Origin: Eledone cirrhosa
Lineage: Eukaryota
DNA length: 64,000 nucleotides
NCBI GenBank assembly: GCA_964016885.1
Contig: OZ024742.1
Location: 347,014,001-347,078,000 of the forward strand
Direction of reading: 5' to 3'
Shown here: positions 25,227 through 35,700 of the stretch, in pieces
How the letters are laid out: every line of letters begins with the position of its first letter
How positions within the stretch are numbered: the first letter of the stretch is position 1
Made by a program: the position numbers and the translations under genes
Notes under the pieces: generated by a model
Database searches by the model: none
What the model saw: only the letters and a program-made list of their open reading frames with translations
What the model was told of the DNA's origin: nothing

Positions 25227-25628
25227 TGTAGCAGTGAATGAAATGTATTTTCCTTCTGCGGCGGAATGGTGTTACGGAGGTAAGTTGGCTGAAGTGTGAG
25301 CCAATCGAAACCTTCGGTGCACTAATTGGACTGTCCAGAACTACGTCACCAGGTGAGCGGAGGTAACCAAGAGAGACATTAGTCTACACGCACCTCTCTT
25401 ATCGACAAGACCAGGCTACACTCATCGCTGCTAACAACATCTCCATCTTGCAATGAAGCGGACCAAACTACATCCTACACATGTAGATACGACCTGTACC
25501 TAATGTATCCGTTCAACATGTACGACTAATAAATAGAGTTACAACATCGATAATGGATTTAGTCAATGTTCTAAATGCCTTCTGATTTCTATTATGTATA
25601 CCAAGAATTGACCCTAAAACCCGTTATA
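25227..25628 (+). repeat. Terminal 3' LTR of the array
   Basis: Followed by unrelated flank (TAAGGGCTG...) rather than the PBS. Confidence 0.9.
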
Positions 25629-25877
25629 TAAGGGCTGAAAAAAAGGTTATTTTAGACGCTATGGAAAAATTATAAGTTATTGTATGCGTAGGAAAAAAGA
25701 GAAAGGAAGAAGAGCTAGCATTTGCGTTAATTTGGGGGAAAAGATTTATTTACCTATATTATGAGTTATAATATTGTATATATAATCATTAGATTATATG
25801 AAGAATTATGGTTGTAAGTATTTTTATCTTGTTATATTACGATAGGTTATATGTATATAAATATCTATATATATATT

Positions 25878-26996
25878 AACTAGCTAGAAAAATGCGTACA
25901 GCAAAAAAAAGTAATATTGTTGGAACAAACCTTTAAAAATACAGGACAAGGAAGTAAGATAAACCTTTAAAAATACAGGACAAAGAACTAAGATAAAACT
26001 TTAAAAGAATAGGACAAGGAATATAAATTTTTACAATAATATTAGTGGCAAAATTCAATTGGTAAAAAATTGAGTTTCCATCATTACACCAATTACAACT
26101 ATGATGTTCCGCATGCATCCACTCCAACCATGATCACTTGTCTGTCATCTTTCCCGGTCCAACTCCTCGCGGATGACCCGGCGCAACTCGGACTGGGTCG
26201 GAGCAGGAACTGGAGGGGGAGAGGGAGGGGTACGGGTCTTGACTCTGGGACGATGACGGCGAGTGACCAAGGTGAATGGGCCCGTGTTCGACTCGGAATC
26301 CTGCTGGTCCTCGATGACACTTTGAGGCACGGTTGACGGTTCCGGACTGGCTTCATGGGCAGTGGTAGAAGGGCAGGTGGATAGGGCAGAGTGCTTCTTC
26401 CTGGGAGAGCACTTGAAGCAGGTGAAGCCGGCGCCGGACTCGTTGAACCACTTCCAGACAGCACTGGGCATGTTGGCGCAGCAATGATGAAAGTTGAAGC
26501 AGGCGACGAGGGGGGAGGAGGTGGAGGCGTTGGTGCAGGAGCAACAGACTGCTGATTTGGGAGTCATTGTAGCTGGGGGATGCAGGCGCTGAGGGGGCTC
26601 GAGTAGAAGGGAAGAACAGAAATGAACCATGATGACTTTTCCTACATTTTTCCTGGCCCACTTCCTCATGAACCAATGAACCAGTTGGTACAACTCGGAC
26701 TTGGAGGAGGAACACAAGACAGGGATCAATTTCATTGTATTGATATTTCTCATTAAGTAATTTCATGTTACTCAAATAAATCACTTTTATTTGATCAATT
26801 ATCTATTTTTCCAATAAAATTTTTGCCACTAATATTATTGTAAAAATTTATATTCCTTGTCCTATTCTTTTAAAGTTTTATCTTAGTTCTTTGTCCTGTA
26901 TTTTTAAAGGTTTATCTTACTTCCTTGTCCTGTATTTTTAAAGGTTTGTTCCAACAATATTACTTTTTTTTGCTGTACGCATTTTTCTAGCTAGTT
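25878..26996. mobile_element. Foldback/TIR-like element: 176-bp inverted arms (25878-26053, 26821-26996) around a GC-rich core
   Basis: Arms are reverse complements and contain three ~34-bp internal subrepeats (AAACCTTTAAAAATACAGGACAAGGAAGTAAGAT). No TSD recognised. Confidence 0.7.
26110..26570 (-). pseudogene. Fragment resembling LINE (CR1/L2-type) ORF1: degenerate PHD finger, low-complexity linker, coiled coil
   Basis: VCCSC..VAC..FHHCC..FTCFKC, then ELRRVIREELDRER and, after a frame change, RQVIMVGV. Confidence 0.45.
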
Positions 26997-27459
26997 TCCT
27001 ATTTTTCAAGGCAATGCAAACAACAACTACTTAATTAAATAGTTATTACTTTAGTTACTTCTATCAAAAAATCCCAAAAATGATGTTAATGAAAACTATA
27101 GGTGAAAGTGAAGCTATTCTTTTGTGACCTCTTAGTTACTTGTACCAATTTTGAATTTAATTCAAGCTACAGTGTCAGCCTGTGCATTGGAGTCACAGAA
27201 ATAAGTTGAGATATTTTATCTAATTGGTACAAGCATCCACTCCACATGGCGGGGACATAGGTCAGATCGTGGAGCACTCACCTATCTTAAAAATATTAAC
27301 TTATGATAAATAAGAGTCATTTAAGAAAATACAATTTTTTTAAATTAGTAGGTGAGCATTAACAACTGAATCTAAATGGAGCAAATTTGCACCATTTGCA
27401 TTTAGTTGAAAATAACATTTTAATTAAACATGACAAATTCTAATGCAATAGAAGGCAAA

Positions 27460-27730
27460 TATCAATTTTCACATGCAAATTTTTTTGGGATTTTTTTCAC
27501 GCGCGCCATTTTTGGTCGATTTTTTGTCAATTTTTCACATGCAAATTTTTTTGGGTTTTTTTGATTTTTTTTCACGCGCGCCATTTTTGTCGATTTTTTG
27601 TCAATTTTTCACATGATAATTTTTTTTTGGATTTTTGGATTTTCTTCACGCACGCCATTTTTGTCGATTTTTTGTCAATTTTTCACATGATAATTTTTTT
27701 TGGATTTTTGTATTTTCTTCACGCGCTTTT
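27460..27730. repeat. ~73-75-bp tandem repeat, ~4 copies
   Basis: CACGCGCGCCATTTTTGTCGATTTTTTGTCAATTTTTCACATG starts recur at ~27498, 27573, 27647, with a partial at 27720. Confidence 0.8.
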
Positions 27731-28308
27731 TGGTATGCATTATTCATATGTTTTGCTTGTTCTGATTGTCTTTTTTCTTTTATTTCAGCAGCTTTCCGTT
27801 TTTTATACTCCCTATTCCTAATGGCATTTTTTCTCCGTTTTTCATTCTCTTTATGAATTTTTTGATCTTTGGGACATTCGGAAGCACTATCAGTCTCATT
27901 GAATTCAAATTCAGGTCCAGGATTTAATTCAACACAACCGATAATAAGCAATGATAAGATCAGTGCACGTGTTCTATATTTCTGATTGGAAATCGGGTAA
28001 ATTCGTTTATTGGATTTGTAAAAAGCCGCCTGAATGTGAATTTCATCATTCGAATTGCCCGATTGTGGAATTGTTTCATTCGAAATGGAAATATTGCATT
28101 TTCGCGCCAGGCAAAAAAGTAATAAGCCGATCAAAAAGCCGCGAAACGTACATGGTGACTTTTTTCGAAAGCCGCGAAACGTATGAAGTGACCTTTTGCG
28201 ATTTTTTTTGCGACCATTTTGGCGAGACTTTTGCAGGGAAACAAATTTTTCATTTGTAATAGTCAAAATAAATAAGCCGATAAAAAAGCCGAGAGACGTC
28301 ATTTTCAT
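27646..28308 (-). pseudogene. ORF with 2A-like motif followed by basic helical repeats; probable decayed transposon N-terminus
   Basis: ATG-initiated 220-aa ORF containing SLLIIGCVELNPGP and K/R/E-rich segments running into the 73-75-bp repeat. Confidence 0.45.
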
Positions 28309-28633
28309 ATGTCAAATGAGCACACTATTCGCACCTATCGCAAATGAGTTCACTACTCGCACCTATCGGTACAAAAAATAGCACAACTATTCACAACTAT
28401 TAGTACAAATCCAAATGATTTTCTGAATTTCTAGTATATCAATCAGCGACTGCTTTGAAAGAGAACAATGCAGTGAGTGATTACTCATTTGAATATAAAT
28501 AGAAGACAACCTCAACTAGTTTGCAACGTGTGACCACTTATCGCGAGATAGGAGAACATAATAGCTCCTAATTAGCTCAATGATTAATGTTTACTGCCAC
28601 ATTGTATCAACATTTAAAATTCAAATTCAAAAA

Positions 28634-29294
28634 AATAACCGCAGTCACTGGGGGGGGGTTCAAATAACCACCGCACCCCGAATAACCGCAGTCACTAGGG
28701 GGGGGTTCGAATAAGACCCTCACCCCAAATAACAGCAGTCACTGGGGGAGGGTTCGAATAAGCGCCTCACCCCGAATAATCGCAGTCACTGTGGGGGGGG
28801 GTTCGAATAAGCGCCGCACCCCGAATAACCGCAGTCACTGTGGGGGGGGGGGGGGTCGAATAAGCGCCGCACCCAGAATAACCGCAGTCACTGGGGGAGG
28901 GTTCGAATAAGCGCCGCACCCCGAATAACCGCAGTCACTGTGGGGGGGGGGGGGGGGGTCGAATAAGCGCCGCACCCCGAATAACCGCAGTCACTGGGGG
29001 AGGGTTCGAATAAGCGCCGCACCCCGAATAACCGCAGTCACTGGGGGGAGGGTTCGAATAAGCGCCGCACCCCGAATAATCGCAGTCACTGGGGGGAGGG
29101 TTCGAATAAGCGCCGCACCCCGAATAACCGCAGTCACTGGGGGGAGGGTTCGAATAAGCGCCGCACCCCGAATAATCGCAGTCACTGGGGGGAGGGTTCG
29201 AATAAGCGGGGGGGGGGGTTCGAATAAGCGTCTCACCCCGAATAATCGCAGTCACTGGGGGAGGGTTCGAATAAGCGCCGCACCCCGAATAACC
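28634..29294. repeat. G-tract minisatellite, ~47-56-bp unit, ~13 copies
   Basis: GCAGTCACTG-G(n)-AGGGTTCGAATAAGCGCCGCACCCCGAATAACC repeated. Confidence 0.9.
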
Positions 29295-29330
29295 CCTTAT
29301 CCTCCTCTGACCGGTCCCAAGAGATGCATC

Positions 29331-29604
29331 AAATGCACAGAGCGTCACCCTTACTCACTCACTTACTCACTTGAACACAGTTTTTTTCAGCAAACTTTGA
29401 TCATAACTTTTTTTGTGCTGAACGAAATTTCGAGATTTTTAGCTTAAGAGATGTGCAATGATTTACTCTCCATGCTCATATAACTTTCATGTGATTTTGA
29501 TAATCGGAAGACATTCTAATAATGCTGTAAAGAGACGATTGCCAACGAAATCACTAAGACAACAATATTACTAACTATAAACCGACTACCGTCGGTTTAG
29601 GATA
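29331..29604. mobile_element. ~270-bp dispersed repeat with terminal hairpin, copy A (Helentron/HINE-like end)
   Basis: Near-identical to 30103-30370; ACTC-type microsatellite and AAACCGAC-TACC-GTCGGTTT hairpin at the right end. Confidence 0.5.
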
Positions 29605-29779
29605 TATATATATATATATACAAATGAAAAAATTAATATGTTGCGTACATATCTAAAATCTAATTTGCAAACAAAATGTTCACTTGCATACTATATTGGA
29701 TATATACCAGATGTAATCTCCGATTTATACAATTTAAGTATTTAAATCATATTTGCGTACATGCGTAATGAGTACGAAA

Positions 29780-29842
<63 letters not shown>

Positions 29843-30102
29843 CGTTCATACAAACATACAAGTATAATCATATTTATGAAGGTTATATGCATTTATACAT
29901 AGACATTATACATACTTATTTAATAATACCAACACCAGAACCAAACATTTCTTAATAAAACAACAATAATCATTTATTTCTTGATATTTACACGAAGAAG
30001 AAGAAGAAGAAGAAGAAGAAAATGATGATGAGGGAGGGGGGGGGAGAAAGAGGAACAAAACAAGTGGAGGAGGAGGGGGATTATTGGAGTCGGAAGAAGA
30101 GA

Positions 30103-30370
30103 AAATGCACAGAGCGTCACCCTTACTCACTCACTTACTCACTTGAACACAGTTTTTTTCAGCAAACTTTGATCATAACTTTTTTTGTGCTGAACGAAAT
30201 TTCGAGATTTTTAGCTTAAGAGATGTGCAATGATTTACTCTCCATGCTCATATAACTTTCATGTGATTTTGATAATCGGAAGACATTCTAATAATGCTGT
30301 AAAGAGACGATTGCCAACGAAATCACTAAGACAACAATATTACTAAACCGACTACCGTCGGTTTAGGATA
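30103..30370. mobile_element. ~270-bp dispersed repeat with terminal hairpin, copy B
   Basis: Direct duplicate of 29331-29604 with a 6-bp indel. Confidence 0.5.
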
Positions 30371-31091
30371 AATTGCGTATGTATTAGTTGTTTATATATC
30401 GAATATGAGTTACGAAGGAAGTTGAATTTGTATTTTACTTAAAAAATAGGTGGTTCAAGTTGTGAGAGTAGAACAATTTATGGATTCACAAATTTTGTTC
30501 AACATTGAAAATATTTTCAGAATATTCTTAATTTAGCGAAGCTGTACAGATTACCAAACATAATATGTTTATGTTTGCACGATTGAGAAAGGAAAGATAA
30601 CTCCAATTTTGTTTGTGAACCATTAAATTAGAGAAAATTATATATTATATTTGTGTGAGATCCATTATTTTAGTCGAAAGATCTGTGAATGTTTGAATAA
30701 CAAAAAGAGAGAGAAAATGTAATGTGTTTTTCGAAGAATTATCATAAAGAGGATAAATTTTCAAAATGTCATTTAAAGGTTATCAATCTACATCTAAAAA
30801 TATATTTATAGGGGTTTCCTTACAAAAATAATGTCAGAATTAAAATAATGTAGGAAATTAAAATATTATATATATATTAAAAATATTATAAATATTAGAG
30901 ATATTAAACAAATTTTGAAATATTAAAAATATTAAAAAATATTAAAAAATATTAAAATATTAAAATATTTTTAAAATATACATTTAAATATACATTTAAA
31001 TTTGTTGAGTGCTCTGAATCAGTTATAAACATTTATATTTGTTGAATTACCAACAAATTGAATATCCCTTCCGCTTATATATATATATATG

Positions 31092-31158
31092 TAAGTATGT
31101 ATACGTACATACATATATGTATACAGACGTACAGTAGTATGTATATACATACATACAT

Positions 31159-31228
<70 letters not shown>

Positions 31229-32272
31229 GTACGTATGGGTTTACCGAACACTTATTATAATGTTCGGTTTGTTTGTAAACAAACAGCTCGAATTAAGCCG
31301 TACAGTGTTCGGCAACCAACGTTGCCCTTTTGTTCCACACTGACAAAGGAACGATGAACTAGTTTCTAGCTTATTAGCTGACATCAGCACCGTATACCTT
31401 CCTGTCAGTCTATTGAACATTTGAAAGTATATACTTTCCTTATGCATATTAACGGCGCATGGCTTAGTGGTTAGAGCATTGGGCTTGCAGTCGAAAGGTT
31501 GTGAGTTCAATTCTCGGACCGGTTGATGTGTTGTTTCCTTGAGCAAGACACTTTATTTCACGTTGCACCAGTTTACTCAGCTGTAGAAATGAGTTGTGAC
31601 GTCACTGGTGCCAAGCTGTATCGGCCATTGCCTTTCGCTTGGACCTCATCAGTGGCGTGGAGAGGGAGACTGGTATGCATGGGCGACTATTGGTCTTCCA
31701 CAAACAACCTTGCCTGGACTTGTGCCTCGGAGGAAAACTTTCTAGGTGCAATCCCATGGTCATTCGTGACCGAAGGGGGTCTTTTATGTACGTATACATA
31801 CTTACATTTAAGTATCAGCCATACTAAGAGTGAGAAATGAAATTTCATTTTTTCCATTTATCGTTTTCGGTACGCCCGGCCGACTAACTCACTCGATATG
31901 CAAATTAGGCTGCTCAGCCGTTAATATGCATAAGGAAAGTATATACTTTCAAACGTTCAATAGACTGACAGGAAGGTATACGGTGTTGATAACTGCTAAT
32001 AAGCTAGAAACTAGTTCATCGTTCCTTTGTCGGAGTTGAACAAAAGGGCAACGATGGTTGCCGAACACTGTACGGCTTAATTCGGGCTGTTTGTTTACAA
32101 ACAAACCGAACATTATAATAAATGTTCGGTAAACCCATACGTACATATATGTATGTGTGCATGTATGTATATACATACTACTGTACGTCTGTATACATAT
32201 ATGTATGTACGTATACATACTTATATTTAAGTATCAGCCGTACTAAGAGTGAGAAATGAAATTTCATTTTTT

Positions 32273-32276
<4 letters not shown>
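31092..32276. mobile_element. Decayed inverted plus partial-tandem element with degenerate hammerhead (Penelope pLTR/retrozyme-like)
   Basis: Imperfect inverted arms 31092-31456 and 31917-32223; direct repeat 31785-31857 / 32204-32276; (TA)n on both sides. Confidence 0.6.
31454..31785 (+). mobile_element. tRNA-derived SINE
   Basis: A box TGGCTTAGTGG, B box GTTCAATTC, then CCTTGAGCAAGACACTT conserved SINE core. Confidence 0.8.
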
Positions 32277-32315
<39 letters not shown>

Positions 32316-32393
32316 GGAGAGCAGAACAAACAAACATTAAACAATTCTTTAAAAAATTTTAAAAATGATTTAAATATTTACCCGTTCATAATG

Positions 32394-32471
32394 CTATTAC
32401 CGGCGGTTTCGCTTTACAAAGGGTTAGAGATTCGGAGAATTTCTAATGGAAAAGTAAAGTTCATCAGATAG
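32394..32471 (-). ncRNA. Type I hammerhead-like motif
   Basis: Minus strand: CTAT-CTGATGA-aCTTTAC..GTAAAGc-GAAA-CCGCCGG-TA/ATAG. Confidence 0.55.
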
Positions 32472-32631
32472 GTATTTCCATACAGTAGCAAACTAGTCCC
32501 ACAGTCTGAAAATATATTGCCAACTACCAGCTAGTGTGAGTAAGGCCGTTAGAATGACACACACATGAACTGGCCACTAGAAAAAAAATATATATATATA
32601 TATACATATATGTACAATATATGTGAAAGGA

Positions 32632-32720
<89 letters not shown>

Positions 32721-32724
<4 letters not shown>

Positions 32725-35700
32725 ATAAATGCTCTGAAATAGCGATATATATGTGAATATAGACATAGAATATTCGAAAACATTCTGTATGTTTATAATA
32801 AACATTTTGAAGACCTAATCGCTATAGAATAGAATACGTCACGTATTACAATTAGATTCTCGATAAAAGCAAGGGAAGTAATCTACGCGTTTCATTCTCG
32901 TTAGAAATCATCAGGACTACATATCCAGTGCTTTTATCGAGAATGACACAGCTAGAGACTTATAGAATACTTAGCTGTGTACAGGAACTGGTTTGAAAGA
33001 GCGGTTGCCGGTCCGGCAGAAATTAGAAATTGGAATAAATGCTCTGAAATAGCGATATATATGTGAATATAGACATAGAATATTCGAAAACATTCTGTAT
33101 GTTTATAATAAACATTTTGAAGACCTAATCGCTATAGAATAGAATACGTCACGTATTACAATTAGATTCTCGATAAAAGCAAGGGAAGTAATCTACGCGT
33201 TTCATTCTCGTTAGAAATCATCAGGACTACATATCCAGTGCTTTTATCGAGAATGACACAGCTAGAGACTTATAGAATACTTAGCTGTGTACAGGAACTG
33301 GTTTGAAAGAGCGGTTGCCGGTCCGGCAGAAATTAGAAATTGGAATAAATGCTCTGAAATAGCGATATATATGTGAATATAGACATAGAATATTCGAAAA
33401 CATTCTGTATGTTTATAATAAACATTTTGAAGACCTAATCGCTATAGAATAGAATACGTCACGTATTACAATTAGATTCTCGATAAAAGCAAGGGAAGTA
33501 ATCTACGCGTTTCATTCTCGTTAGAAATCATCAGGACTACATATCCAGTGCTTTTATCGAGAATGACACAGCTAGAGACTTATAGAATACTTAGCTGTGT
33601 ACAGGAACTGGTTTGAAAGAGCGGTTGCCGGTCCGGCAGAAATTAGAAATTGGAATAAATGCTCTGAAATAGCGATATATATGTGAATATAGACATAGAA
33701 TATTCGAAAACATTCTGTATGTTTATAATAAACATTTTGAAGACCTAATCGCTATAGAATAGAATACGTCACGTATTACAATTAGATTCTCGATAAAAGC
33801 AAGGGAAGTAATCTACGCGTTTCATTCTCGTTAGAAATCATCAGGACTACATATCCAGTGCTTTTATCGAGAATGACACAGCTAGAGACTTATAGAATAC
33901 TTAGCTGTGTACAGGAACTGGTTTGAAAGAGCGGTTGCCGGTCCGGCAGAAATTAGAAATTGGAATAAATGCTCTGAAATAGCGATATATATGTGAATAT
34001 AGACATAGAATATTCGAAAACATTCTGTATGTTTATAATAAACATTTTGAAGACCTAATCGCTATAGAATAGAATACGTCACGTATTACAATTAGATTCT
34101 CGATAAAAGCAAGGGAAGTAATCTACGCGTTTCATTCTCGTTAGAAATCATCAGGACTACATATCCAGTGCTTTTATCGAGAATGACACAGCTAGAGACT
34201 TATAGAATACTTAGCTGTGTACAGGAACTGGTTTGAAAGAGCGGTTGCCGGTCCGGCAGAAATTAGAAATTGGAATAAATGCTCTGAAATAGCGATATAT
34301 ATGTGAATATAGACATAGAATATTCGAAAACATTCTGTATGTTTATAATAAACATTTTGAAGACCTAATCGCTATAGAATAGAATACGTCACGTATTACA
34401 ATTAGATTCTCGATAAAAGCAAGGGAAGTAATCTACGCGTTTCATTCTCGTTAGAAATCATCAGGACTACATATCCAGTGCTTTTATCGAGAATGACACA
34501 GCTAGAGACTTATAGAATACTTAGCTGTGTACAGGAACTGGTTTGAAAGAGCGGTTGCCGGTCCGGCAGAAATTAGAAATTGGAATAAATGCTCTGAAAT
34601 AGCGATATATATGTGAATATAGACATAGAATATTCGAAAACATTCTGTATGTTTATAATAAACATTTTGAAGACCTAATCGCTATAGAATAGAATACGTC
34701 ACGTATTACAATTAGATTCTCGATAAAAGCAAGGGAAGTAATCTACGCGTTTCATTCTCGTTAGAAATCATCAGGACTACATATCCAGTGCTTTTATCGA
34801 GAATGACACAGCTAGAGACTTATAGAATACTTAGCTGTGTACAGGAACTGGTTTGAAAGAGCGGTTGCCGGTCCGGCAGAAATTAGAAATTGGAATAAAT
34901 GCTCTGAAATAGCGATATATATGTGAATATAGACATAGAATATTCGAAAACATTCTGTATGTTTATAATAAACATTTTGAAGACCTAATCGCTATAGAAT
35001 AGAATACGTCACGTATTACAATTAGATTCTCGATAAAAGCAAGGGAAGTAATCTACGCGTTTCATTCTCGTTAGAAATCATCAGGACTACATATCCAGTG
35101 CTTTTATCGAGAATGACACAGCTAGAGACTTATAGAATACTTAGCTGTGTACAGGAACTGGTTTGAAAGAGCGGTTGCCGGTCCGGCAGAAATTAGAAAT
35201 TGGAATAAATGCTCTGAAATAGCGATATATATGTGAATATAGACATAGAATATTCGAAAACATTCTGTATGTTTATAATAAACATTTTGAAGACCTAATC
35301 GCTATAGAATAGAATACGTCACGTATTACAATTAGATTCTCGATAAAAGCAAGGGAAGTAATCTACGCGTTTCATTCTCGTTAGAAATCATCAGGACTAC
35401 ATATCCAGTGCTTTTATCGAGAATGACACAGCTAGAGACTTATAGAATACTTAGCTGTGTACAGGAACTGGTTTGAAAGAGCGGTTGCCGGTCCGGCAGA
35501 AATTAGAAATTGGAATAAATGCTCTGAAATAGCGATATATATGTGAATATAGACATAGAATATTCGAAAACATTCTGTATGTTTATAATAAACATTTTGA
35601 AGACCTAATCGCTATAGAATAGAATACGTCACGTATTACAATTAGATTCTCGATAAAAGCAAGGGAAGTAATCTACGCGTTTCATTCTCGTTAGAAATCA

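Larger units (their letters stand above)
1..25628 (+). mobile_element. Tandem array of >=5 Ty3/gypsy (CsRn1-clade) LTR retrotransposons sharing single LTRs; left end outside window
   Basis: gag-pol units recur every ~5310-5320 bp, each separated by one 402-bp LTR. Domain order PR-RT-RH-IN; Gag CX2HX9CX3C knuckle and tRNA-Trp-type PBS are CsRn1-clade hallmarks. Confidence 0.95.

Noticed and set aside
28634-29294. CRISPR-like appearance of the minisatellite
   Set aside because: No unique spacers, no cas genes, eukaryotic context.
31454-31530. Functional tRNA gene
   Set aside because: A and B boxes continue into a SINE body and the acceptor stem does not close.
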